Positions 26,130 through 34,926 of a DNA stretch of 64,000 nucleotides are shown here, one piece after another. The notes beneath the pieces were generated by a model, which was given only the letters and a program-made list of their open reading frames with translations, had not been told where the DNA came from and made no database searches. Position 1 is the first letter of the stretch; every line of letters begins with the position of its first letter. Position numbers and translations under genes: made by a program. This DNA comes from an uncultured Methanosarcinales archaeon (GTDB lineage: Archaea > Nanobdellota > Nanobdellia > Woesearchaeales > CAXGTL01), in the NCBI GenBank assembly GCA_964645705.1, contig CAZYAB010000002.1, positions 88,155 to 152,154 on the forward strand, written 5' to 3'.

Positions 26130-26843
26130 ATGGTTGAAAATTTACAAGATAGAATTCAAGAAAATATAGAAAGAAGAAGAATAAATTATAATGGAACTAG
26201 TGGTCCTAAAAGAGCATTAATGCTTTTTGTTATTGCAGCGCTTGGATACGGAGCATACTATACTTATGGATTGTTTTCAGATGATAAAGATGTTCCTTAT
26301 GAAAAACAAGCAAAACAAATTGTTAGAGAATATATGCCAGAATTAGAAAAAGGACAAGAATATTTCCCTGGCTCTGTTCCAATTGATTCAGAAGGTGTTG
26401 AAGAAAAAACAAAACCTTTTGAAAAATATATCTATAACCCTGATAAAGATCCACAGCCTACAACCACAGAACAAGAACCAGAACAGCAACCAGAACAAGA
26501 AGATAACGGAAGACTTTACATGAATGAATCAACAGGAGAATTAATTCGTATTAATGACAGAGGAATAATTCTTTCATATGACAAACCAGCGGCTGTGAAT
26601 GAATTAGTAGAAGGTGCTTATGTATATGAAAATACTTTGTATAATGAATGGAATGATTTAGGAAAAGGCGAAGAATCAGGAAATTATTATTTCCAAAATC
26701 CAACAACAGGCACTATAATTTCTATTAACAAATATTTCAGAATACAGTCAGTTGAACAACCAAAACAATCAGATGAATTAGAACCAGGTGTTTACATTCA
26801 TGAAAACACTTTGATGAATGAATGGAATCATGTTGAAGAATGA
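26130..26843 (+). CDS. Single-TM protein with two copies of the kinase-ectodomain-like module
   Basis: TM ALMLFVIAALGYGAYY, QEPEQQPEQ linker and a repeated TG.[LI]I.IN...G.Y..ENTL.NEW unit. Confidence 0.7.
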   Translation: MVENLQDRIQENIERRRINYNGTSGPKRALMLFVIAALGYGAYYTYGLFSDDKDVPYEKQAKQIVREYMPELEKGQEYFPGSVPIDSEGVEEKTKPFEKYIYNPDKDPQPTTTEQEPEQQPEQEDNGRLYMNESTGELIRINDRGIILSYDKPAAVNELVEGAYVYENTLYNEWNDLGKGEESGNYYFQNPTTGTIISINKYFRIQSVEQPKQSDELEPGVYIHENTLMNEWNHVEE

Positions 26844-27598
26844 CGGTGAATAAAATGAATAAGTTAGTAAAAAATATAGGAAAAGGATTGGGTCTTACAA
26901 TACTTGCAAGCATGTTATTTGTAAACCCTGTAAATGCACAAGAGAACCAAGTAAAAGATCAGAAACATCAAAAACCAAGCATAAGTTATTTGAATTTTTA
27001 TTCAACAGATTGCACTCCTTTGTCACGCGGAAAATCAGGTGAAGAATCAGTACTTATGTTAGGAATTGGAGATGATGAATATATGATCGCAGACAGAAAT
27101 AGTAATGATAAACCTGATTTTGCAGACGTAACTGAAAACAGAGTAAGATATGAATTATCAACAGAATCTATTGTAGACAGGTTTTATGGTAATTTTTATA
27201 GAAGAATTGTAAATGGTTTAGTAAAAAATTATTGTAATAAACTTAGAGAGATAATAGAGGGAGAAGTACAGCCGAAAGTTTTTAATCTCTTTTTAGAAAA
27301 AGAAAAACAAGATTCTGATGAATCAAGGGAAGTTGCTAATCTTTATGCAATTGGCCCTGATAATGTTTTGTATGCCTTCAGAATGTATAAAGATGATTTT
27401 ACCCTCCTGGATTTCGATCTTCAAGACAGAGATAGAAATGTTAACATAAAAATTAAGAACAATTTTCCTGAAAAAGTTCAAGAGATGCTCAGTGATGTAT
27501 TTACTTCATTAACTGATTCTTGTACAGAACTTAATGAAACAGTTAATGAGTACAGTAAAAAAAGACAAGAAGAGATCTTGAATCAATTAGGTTATTAG
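26840..27598 (+). CDS. Secreted hypothetical protein
   Basis: Signal peptide ending PVNA. Confidence 0.7.
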   Translation: MTVNKMNKLVKNIGKGLGLTILASMLFVNPVNAQENQVKDQKHQKPSISYLNFYSTDCTPLSRGKSGEESVLMLGIGDDEYMIADRNSNDKPDFADVTENRVRYELSTESIVDRFYGNFYRRIVNGLVKNYCNKLREIIEGEVQPKVFNLFLEKEKQDSDESREVANLYAIGPDNVLYAFRMYKDDFTLLDFDLQDRDRNVNIKIKNNFPEKVQEMLSDVFTSLTDSCTELNETVNEYSKKRQEEILNQLGY

Positions 27599-27868
27599 GT
27601 GGATAAACAAATGTTTGAAAAAAAACCACAACAATATGGAGTAGTAATGCTTAGTAAAGATCAAGACATTAGTTATAAGATTTCACAGATCTTTAATGAT
27701 AATAATGGACAAGTAGATTTGCGCGTCATGTGTCAAGAACTGTTATTGAGATTTAATTTTCTTCCAATGAGATTTGTCTCTGCTGACAAAGAAAAAAAGA
27801 TTTCAAATTACAGAGAATTAGGTCTTTCTCTTTACCCAATAATTGATAATATAATCTATGAAAAATGA
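27599..27868 (+). CDS. Hypothetical protein
   Basis: 89 aa, abutting both neighbours. Confidence 0.55.
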   Translation: MDKQMFEKKPQQYGVVMLSKDQDISYKISQIFNDNNGQVDLRVMCQELLLRFNFLPMRFVSADKEKKISNYRELGLSLYPIIDNIIYEK

Positions 27869-29754
27869 AATATAAAAAAACATTAGGAACTGTAATGTCA
27901 TTGATAACTGCGCCTTTTTTATATTTTGCACAGCCTGCTAATGCAGAAACATTTTCACAAAGAGTTGCGAGAGAACAGAGAGAGTTTACAGAACAAACAC
28001 TAAAACAACAAAAAGAGTTCCAAGAACAAGTAAAAAAAGAGCAAAAAGAATTTGATGAATACATAAGACAAAGCAATATCCAATTCAGACAAGAACTTGA
28101 AAAAACAAGAATACAGTTTAATCAAAGAGTAAATAATTTCCACAATAATTCTCAAGATGAGATTTCTGATTTAGAAGAAAGAATTGCGCCTGTTAAAAGA
28201 CATTGGAATATAGTTCCAAGAAAAAGAATAATGCCAAGAAATAGAATAACAAGAAGAAGAAAAAGGGAAACTCAAGACAGTCATAAACTAAGACAAGAAT
28301 TCAATAAATTCAAAAAATCATTAGACACAATAGTTGACAATGATGTAAGACCTTTATTTTCTAACGAAGAAGCTTATCAATTTTTTAGATTGTCAAAGGT
28401 AGATGGAAGAGAAGATAAAGTAGAATTTGCAAAAAACCTTCACAATAAGTACAGCCAAATATGGCCTGCAGCAGAACACAAAGGTTTTCCATTGTTTAAA
28501 GCAAAAGAAATAATTAACATATATAATTTGGACAATGATTTTACACAACGTGTTGATGAATTATTAAAACATAAACCAGAACAAAACCATGGTAATCCTT
28601 TTTTTCATGATGGAGAACAAATATTAAGAGCTTATTTAAACAAGATGCCAGAGAAATTCATTAATGGCTGGGGGAAATTACTCGACAGACTAAATTTTGA
28701 TTGTGAATTCTTAAACAAAGCATGGGTATCACAATTATATGCAGACAGTGATTTTGTTACAAAAGCGCTTGCACTTGAAACAGAAAAAGGTGACAAGCTT
28801 TATGATAAATATGATAAAGATGCAAAAAGTCTACTAGAACTGCATCAACTAGGTGCAACAGCAGAAACATTAGAATTTTTTTCACAGTTTAGAAATAAGA
28901 ACGATTATTTTTCATTCAGGCCAGAACATCTTACAGAAATTATGAAAAAAGGCTTTGACCTTAACAATGAATACATACAACAATTACTAGAACTAGAAAA
29001 AAGAAACAAAGGAAAACTTACATTCAGAGACTTAGAAGATGCAACAGATATAAAAAATATGAACAACCCTAATTATGTATCATCATTATATAAAATTTTT
29101 AAAGAAATAGGGATTGATTATGAACTAAGCTTATCAAAGATCAAAAGATATTGTCAATTAAATTTACCATTAAGAGAAATCTTTTTTTACGATACAAGAA
29201 AACCAAATGCATTGATTGTATTGCCAACAGCAGACCACAATGATGCTTTTTATGGAGAATCCGGAAGAAATTTTATTAAAACAATATTAAGACAATATGA
29301 TTCGCAAATTCTAATCGCAGACACAGAAAAAGACGTATATGCTGGTTTGAAGTTTGTACCAAATATTTCATTAGCATCAATATCTGGTCACGGAACAAAA
29401 ACAACACTATCATTGGGAGAAGCAGACCTAAGATTATATACTGGTTCTGGTGACGAAACAAAAACAATCGACATTTCTGATACAGAATTTGTAGAACTTT
29501 TAAAAGAAACTAATCCGTATTGTGTTTTATTTTTATGGGCATGTAGTAATGGACAAGGCAGAGAATACGAAAATAATCTTGCTAATTTTTCAGCAAAATC
29601 AGGAAGAAAAGTGATTTCTGGTGATAATGTTTCTAACATTACAGAGATAACTTCATCATATCCTTTTGATGCTGAAGTCTATTATCATGATAAAAATACT
29701 AATCAGTATACTAAGGTTACGTATAAAATACACATAGGAGGTATGGCACAATGA
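27865..29754 (+). CDS. Secreted protein with coiled coil and a C-terminal caspase-hemoglobinase-fold-like (His-Cys) domain
   Basis: Signal peptide ending PANA; ASISGHG and FLWACSNG motifs. Confidence 0.55.
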   Translation: MKYKKTLGTVMSLITAPFLYFAQPANAETFSQRVAREQREFTEQTLKQQKEFQEQVKKEQKEFDEYIRQSNIQFRQELEKTRIQFNQRVNNFHNNSQDEISDLEERIAPVKRHWNIVPRKRIMPRNRITRRRKRETQDSHKLRQEFNKFKKSLDTIVDNDVRPLFSNEEAYQFFRLSKVDGREDKVEFAKNLHNKYSQIWPAAEHKGFPLFKAKEIINIYNLDNDFTQRVDELLKHKPEQNHGNPFFHDGEQILRAYLNKMPEKFINGWGKLLDRLNFDCEFLNKAWVSQLYADSDFVTKALALETEKGDKLYDKYDKDAKSLLELHQLGATAETLEFFSQFRNKNDYFSFRPEHLTEIMKKGFDLNNEYIQQLLELEKRNKGKLTFRDLEDATDIKNMNNPNYVSSLYKIFKEIGIDYELSLSKIKRYCQLNLPLREIFFYDTRKPNALIVLPTADHNDAFYGESGRNFIKTILRQYDSQILIADTEKDVYAGLKFVPNISLASISGHGTKTTLSLGEADLRLYTGSGDETKTIDISDTEFVELLKETNPYCVLFLWACSNGQGREYENNLANFSAKSGRKVISGDNVSNITEITSSYPFDAEVYYHDKNTNQYTKVTYKIHIGGMAQ

Positions 29755-30605
29755 CAAAAATAAGGGACACATTTCCACATCATGAATTTAAAAGACAAAT
29801 TCTTGAAAAGAAAAAACAAGAACTCTTAGATGAAGTTGGTTTAAATAATGTATCACCTATTGATACAGAATACATGCCGCCTGAAAAAGTATTAGAATAC
29901 ATCTGTTCATTGCATGAGATAAGATTGCTTAACAAAGGATATGCAAGATTAAAAAAAACAATAGAAGTATTTTCAGCTTGTGCATTGCTTCAACTAATAC
30001 CTGGTTTTATTGGTTCACCAGGATTATCATTATTACTTACTGGATTCCCGCTAGCAGTTGGATTTCATAATTATGATAATATAAAAGAATTATTATTAAG
30101 AAGACCTGCTGGCAAGGACTTTTTTTATGATTTTGATGAAAACAAGTTCATGAACAGGCCACCTTTTAATAATAAAGGAGTGGATGTTCTTCCAATAAAG
30201 AGTATTGATGAATTTAACACAAGGTATGATTTTGTATTTGTAAATGGCTTTGAAATAATTGAATATAATTTTTATGATAAGAATGATCTTATTAGACACG
30301 ATGTTCCTGATAATCTTAAACATTGTTATGACGTGTCTGAGATTTTGAAAAAAGATTATGCAGGCTTAGCTTATATGAAAGGCTGGCTAAAAAGTGATGA
30401 ATTAGAAGCAAAGATTCTTACTCATGACGAAGTTCTTTGCAGAGACTTATCAGACTATAGGCCTGGTGATGCTTTGGCATTGTTTGGTCTTTATTGTCCT
30501 GATTCACAACCTGCCATAGAAATTCTTGACATAGACTTTGCAATAATTTCTAAACTGTCATTAGATGATTGCTCTGTTTCATTAGGGTATAAGGAGGAGA
30601 AATAA
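29751..30605 (+). CDS. Two-TM hypothetical protein, related to 32744..33490
   Basis: Two hydrophobic helices, then VLPIKSIDEF..YDFVFVNG. Confidence 0.65.
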   Translation: MTKIRDTFPHHEFKRQILEKKKQELLDEVGLNNVSPIDTEYMPPEKVLEYICSLHEIRLLNKGYARLKKTIEVFSACALLQLIPGFIGSPGLSLLLTGFPLAVGFHNYDNIKELLLRRPAGKDFFYDFDENKFMNRPPFNNKGVDVLPIKSIDEFNTRYDFVFVNGFEIIEYNFYDKNDLIRHDVPDNLKHCYDVSEILKKDYAGLAYMKGWLKSDELEAKILTHDEVLCRDLSDYRPGDALALFGLYCPDSQPAIEILDIDFAIISKLSLDDCSVSLGYKEEK

Positions 30606-30607
30606 AA

Positions 30608-30982
30608 ATGTTACATAGAAACCAAGAAATAATTTATAGAAGAAATGGAAAAGAATTATGCAGGCTGGTTACAGATGATTGTAAAAAAATAGATATTGCA
30701 ACACTACAATATATAAGGGATTATCAACCATTTACAGAACCAGGAAATTTCTTAACAATTCCATTTAAAAAACGTGAAAAACGATCATCAACACTAAAAA
30801 CAGTTTCAAGAAAAGAAAATGTATTAGTTTGTGGAACAGGACATTCAACATATGAAATAGAATATGTGAACATTGACCTAGAACAAATGTTGATAGATGG
30901 TGCGTTCTTTGGCGTTAATGAAGAAGGAGACGGAATTAATCCTCCTTATTTTCCATTAGATCATAAGGTGAGAAAAGAATGA
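30608..30982 (+). CDS. Hypothetical protein
   Basis: AGGAGG RBS; operonic. Confidence 0.65.
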   Translation: MLHRNQEIIYRRNGKELCRLVTDDCKKIDIATLQYIRDYQPFTEPGNFLTIPFKKREKRSSTLKTVSRKENVLVCGTGHSTYEIEYVNIDLEQMLIDGAFFGVNEEGDGINPPYFPLDHKVRKE

Positions 30983-31305
30983 CACAACAAGAACTAGAAA
31001 CAATAACAAAATCAGAAGCAGATGAATTATTTTTAGATGATATTTCTTCTGATATCAAGTATTTTGGGTTTGGAAGTCTTTATGGTATTAGTGCAGGAGT
31101 TACAATGATGGTTCATTCAAGTGTAGCCCATTTTAACTCACCCAAGTACATTCCATTGTTTTCATGTGGTACTGGTGCTTTATTAATATCAATTGGGGCT
31201 CAATTAAAATTAGCCTATAACATTTTTCACAAAACAAAGTCTTACTTAGAAAATCCTGAGAATTACGTAAACATGTATTCAAAGACATTAGGTGGTGAAG
31301 AATGA
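30979..31305 (+). CDS. Small two-TM membrane protein
   Basis: Two hydrophobic segments; ATGA overlaps with both neighbours. Confidence 0.65.
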   Translation: MTQQELETITKSEADELFLDDISSDIKYFGFGSLYGISAGVTMMVHSSVAHFNSPKYIPLFSCGTGALLISIGAQLKLAYNIFHKTKSYLENPENYVNMYSKTLGGEE

Positions 31306-31553
31306 AAAAACCTTCAATCATGGACAAAGATCTGGAATTAACAATAAAATTAGAATCATCTTCACATTTTTTAGATGCAATGGCTGTTTTGACAGTTTTT
31401 CCTCTTTTTGCAGGCATTGACATGTATTGCGATGGTGCAAACCCTCAACTAGGCGCAGCTTTAGTTCTATACTCAGTAGCACAGTTAGGACTTTATCTAG
31501 CAGACGGACTATCTATTAAAAAAGGAATTTATTATCATTCGGAGGATAAATAA
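31302..31553 (+). CDS. Small two-TM membrane protein
   Basis: Two hydrophobic segments; GGTGA RBS. Confidence 0.65.
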   Translation: MKKPSIMDKDLELTIKLESSSHFLDAMAVLTVFPLFAGIDMYCDGANPQLGAALVLYSVAQLGLYLADGLSIKKGIYYHSEDK

Positions 31554-31554
31554 A

Positions 31555-32133
31555 ATGACAAACTTATATTTAAATTCAATAAAGAAATTTTTAGGAATCA
31601 AAGATAATAAAGATACTGAACAAAAACCAAAAACAATAGATGACATTGTTCAGATAAAAGACAAGATCTTAGAAAAATACAGACAAAGAGGCCATCAAAG
31701 AGAAACAGATGATTCTTTGATAGTCACATACACTACTAGATGTTGCCATTATACTGGTATGATGCATTCTACAGGAATGAGGCCAAGCAGAAGGTATGAG
31801 ATAAATAAAAAATCAGGAAATGTGATTGTGACACATTATATTCAGGCAGAACATTATCTTCCTCCATCTCCTGCAACATTGTTATTAATGCCTTATGAAC
31901 CTAGTTCAAGAACAGAATATACTCCTAAAGAATTTTTAAAATATTTAAGAACAAAAGACAGAAGCTTAGGTAAAAAACTAAAGATTCCATTTGAAGAAAC
32001 ATTAAAAGGCAAGATAGAGAAAAGAGAAATCGAGTTTAGGAGAATATTGAGAGAATGCAAGGAAAAAGAAGAAGAAAAGAAAGAACAAGATAAAAAGAGA
32101 AAACAACAAGATGATGAGGATATTATATTGTAG
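31555..32133 (+). CDS. Hypothetical protein
   Basis: GGAGG RBS; charged C-terminus. Confidence 0.65.
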   Translation: MTNLYLNSIKKFLGIKDNKDTEQKPKTIDDIVQIKDKILEKYRQRGHQRETDDSLIVTYTTRCCHYTGMMHSTGMRPSRRYEINKKSGNVIVTHYIQAEHYLPPSPATLLLMPYEPSSRTEYTPKEFLKYLRTKDRSLGKKLKIPFEETLKGKIEKREIEFRRILRECKEKEEEKKEQDKKRKQQDDEDIIL

Positions 32134-32136
32134 AAA

Positions 32137-32409
32137 ATGTCAAAACACCATACAATAAAATTAGGACAGGCGTGTGAAGAGGAGATAGGACCTTATGGGC
32201 CAAAAGTCACTTTTACTTATACAGGAATGCTTCCAGGAAACACAGTATTTGATATAACTTATGGTTTGATAGGACATGTGCCAGGAAAGCTTGTACATTA
32301 TCCAGTAGGCACCAAAACTCTTGAATATGGTGATAGAAAGTTTAGGGTGATAAATGTAACACCTGAAGAATTAATTGTAGAATATTTAGGAAAGGCGGAT
32401 AAAAAATGA
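32137..32409 (+). CDS. Small beta-rich protein, paralog of 32406..32747
   Basis: HYP...FRVINVTPEELIVEY. Confidence 0.7.
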   Translation: MSKHHTIKLGQACEEEIGPYGPKVTFTYTGMLPGNTVFDITYGLIGHVPGKLVHYPVGTKTLEYGDRKFRVINVTPEELIVEYLGKADKK

Positions 32410-32747
32410 CAAAACAATACATACTAAAACTAGGAGAAAACATGACAAAGTATTACAAAGAAAATAAAACATCAATGTTTAAAGAACTTATTGATATCTT
32501 CAAATCTAAACCATCTGAAAATGGAATCCAAGATCTTGTCTATTGTGGATTGTCACCAGAAGAATCTATTTTTGACTTAAACATATATCATTATTGTCAC
32601 GAATCAATGAAAGAAAGACACATTACTGTACATTATCCTGCAGATGCTAGAATAATCAAAGTAAACCTTTATTCATACAGAGTAATAAGTGTAACACCAG
32701 AAGAATTGGTTTTAGAATATATCAAGGAGGAGAAAAATAAAAAATGA
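32406..32747 (+). CDS. Small beta-rich protein, paralog of 32137..32409
   Basis: HYP...YRVISVTPEELVLEY. Confidence 0.7.
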   Translation: MTKQYILKLGENMTKYYKENKTSMFKELIDIFKSKPSENGIQDLVYCGLSPEESIFDLNIYHYCHESMKERHITVHYPADARIIKVNLYSYRVISVTPEELVLEYIKEEKNKK

Positions 32748-33490
32748 CAAACTTCCTAACATCACAACAAACTTTAGAACAGATCTGTGATATTGAACCA
32801 TCTAAAGATCTAGGAAATGGTATTATGAAATCTGTATTAGGTTTGCCTAGTGTAACTATTTCTACAATTGCATCAAAACACCTTATTTATGAAACAATAT
32901 ACACTATAAGGAGAAATCCTATAATCTCTTCTTTATCTGATAAGATTTGTGAATGTTCTATACAGGGTATGGGTTTAGTTTTAGCAGGAGTGTTTTTTTT
33001 AGGAGGGATGTATTGTTTATTAGATGCCACTTCATCTTTTTCATCAACAATGAAAAAGCAATCAAATTCTGTGTATTATGTTAATCAAGGATATTCAAAC
33101 AAAAACAGAATATTTAACAATTTATTTTGTGAAAAAGTAAAACCTATAGAAAGTAAAGATGAATTAGAAAAATACAAGGGTTTTGTTCTACTAAATGGAG
33201 TTTATGTCAAAGATGTTAAAACAAGACATAAAAGAGAACACAGCCCAACTATTATTGGCCCTGATGGCAGGTTTGATAAATATTATACACTTTTTGACTG
33301 TGATTTTAAAGGACAAAAACTAAAAGTTGTTTCAATTGATGAGGATATGTTTATGGGAAATACTGCCAAGGATGCTGTTAAAAAATTACTTTCATTAAAA
33401 GGCTCATATGTTTATTTAGGTGGTAAGGTTCGAAATAATCAAAATATGTTATTATATTCTTTTGGAAAAGCTTTGGAAGTGGAGGAATAA
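32744..33490 (+). CDS. Membrane protein related to 29751..30605
   Basis: TM GMGLVLAGVFFLGGMY, then VKPIESKDEL..YKGFVLLNG. Confidence 0.65.
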   Translation: MTNFLTSQQTLEQICDIEPSKDLGNGIMKSVLGLPSVTISTIASKHLIYETIYTIRRNPIISSLSDKICECSIQGMGLVLAGVFFLGGMYCLLDATSSFSSTMKKQSNSVYYVNQGYSNKNRIFNNLFCEKVKPIESKDELEKYKGFVLLNGVYVKDVKTRHKREHSPTIIGPDGRFDKYYTLFDCDFKGQKLKVVSIDEDMFMGNTAKDAVKKLLSLKGSYVYLGGKVRNNQNMLLYSFGKALEVEE

Positions 33491-33493
33491 AAA

Positions 33494-34282
33494 ATGACAG
33501 ACAAACTAAAGACACTCGGAATACCATTATTAATAACATGCTTAAGTTGTAACACAAATACTTTAGCACAAGAAAATAAACCAAAACAAAGAACTTTCAA
33601 TGAATCTTTATGGTATGATATATTGAAGAAAGACTATACAAAAGAGCAGGCAAGAGAGATATTGTCAGATCCTGATAAGTTTCTAGCTGAATATGATAAA
33701 CATACAATTGCTGATATTACTAAAATTAAAGCAAAAGATGGATCTATTGAAAAATATGCCAGAAGAGATCCAAGAATTTCCTCAGCATGGTTAGCACGTG
33801 AATTACTTCACACAATAAAAGGAGAAAATGATTTTTTAAAAAAACTTGTTGATATGTATTTAGAATATGAAGAAAAGCACAAGCAAGATCCTGGTTATAT
33901 GGAAATTTCTGATGCATTTATCCCTTGCTGTGCAATAAGAAACATGACTCCAGGAGATGATGCTTATTTTCAGAAATTATTAGATACAAAAGATAGTTAT
34001 CATATACAATTAGAAGCATTAAATAAAATGCCAGATGAAAAAAAGATTCCATTGATAATCTCTGGTTTAGATGATTATGGCAAAAACATAAGGGTTATTG
34101 AAAAACATCCTGGTGAATTACATTATTTTGAATCATTAGAGTATTTTGTTGCAAGAGATGCCTTATTAAGTGTAAATGACATCTCTTTTTTAGAAGAAAC
34201 AGCTAACAGAAAAGATCTTGGAGAGATGGCGATTTTTTGTGCTGAAGAAAGACTTAGACAATTAAGATCAAAAGGTGAATAA
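33494..34282 (+). CDS. Secreted or lipoprotein-like helical-repeat protein
   Basis: N-terminal LGIPLLITCLSC; HEAT-like helical C-terminus. Confidence 0.6.
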   Translation: MTDKLKTLGIPLLITCLSCNTNTLAQENKPKQRTFNESLWYDILKKDYTKEQAREILSDPDKFLAEYDKHTIADITKIKAKDGSIEKYARRDPRISSAWLARELLHTIKGENDFLKKLVDMYLEYEEKHKQDPGYMEISDAFIPCCAIRNMTPGDDAYFQKLLDTKDSYHIQLEALNKMPDEKKIPLIISGLDDYGKNIRVIEKHPGELHYFESLEYFVARDALLSVNDISFLEETANRKDLGEMAIFCAEERLRQLRSKGE

Positions 34283-34285
34283 AAA

Positions 34286-34522
34286 ATGACAGAACAAAAC
34301 AATATAAAAGATTATTTGAATCAGACAAAAGTTAATTTATTAAGCTATTCAGGAGCAGCAAGCTTAGGTGGAATGCTTACTTCATATGCTATGCATGAAC
34401 CAGATGCATTGATGTTGACCTCAGCTCTATTTATAGGAACAAATGTAATGAAAGGCATAGAATATCTAATAGCTTACAGCAATATGCAATCTGATCATTA
34501 TAATAATAAAACAGGTGAATAA
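34286..34522 (+). CDS. Small membrane protein
   Basis: Two hydrophobic segments; GGTGA RBS. Confidence 0.6.
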   Translation: MTEQNNIKDYLNQTKVNLLSYSGAASLGGMLTSYAMHEPDALMLTSALFIGTNVMKGIEYLIAYSNMQSDHYNNKTGE

Positions 34523-34525
34523 AAA

Positions 34526-34924
34526 ATGACAGACATAGACTCAATATTAAACACAATTGCACAAGTAAACCCTTTTTTAGCAGCAAATGCATGGCGAGGT
34601 GTTGTAGGTTTTGGTACTGGAATTATGATTGGAATGATTGATATGACAGTTAACAGAGCAAATAATAAAAAAACCAGATATTTTTTAGACAAAAACTCAT
34701 ACCAGCAATTAGGTTTAGCATATTTAGCAGAAGTAGGAGCAAATACTTTTATTTGTGCTGCTGGTCTTGCAGAAAAAGCAAGTGAATACATGGCTAACCA
34801 ACATTTTGCAGATGATCTAGGTGGAATACTTGGATTTATGTGCGGTTATAATCTAGTAAAAGCAGGAGACGAAATCTTAAAACAAGAAGAATCAAATTAC
34901 AGAAGAAACAATTGTAATAGATAA
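34526..34924 (+). CDS. Small Gly/Ala-rich membrane protein
   Basis: GxxxG-rich hydrophobic segments; last gene of the array, convergent with aCPSF1. Confidence 0.6.
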   Translation: MTDIDSILNTIAQVNPFLAANAWRGVVGFGTGIMIGMIDMTVNRANNKKTRYFLDKNSYQQLGLAYLAEVGANTFICAAGLAEKASEYMANQHFADDLGGILGFMCGYNLVKAGDEILKQEESNYRRNNCNR

Positions 34925-34926
34925 CA

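Noticed and set aside
25409..34522. ORFs ending GGE (26128), KGE (34282) and KTGE (34522) as additional Pup/UBact-like tags
   Set aside because: These termini are dictated by the GGAGG/GGTGA RBS of the next gene overlapping the stop. The proteins are secreted or hydrophobic and lack the DExD...YxQ helix.
2300..34924. The island as a provirus or integrative element
   Set aside because: No integrase, terminase, capsid, replication gene, att repeats or flanking tRNA was recognised, and no obvious compositional shift is visible by eye.
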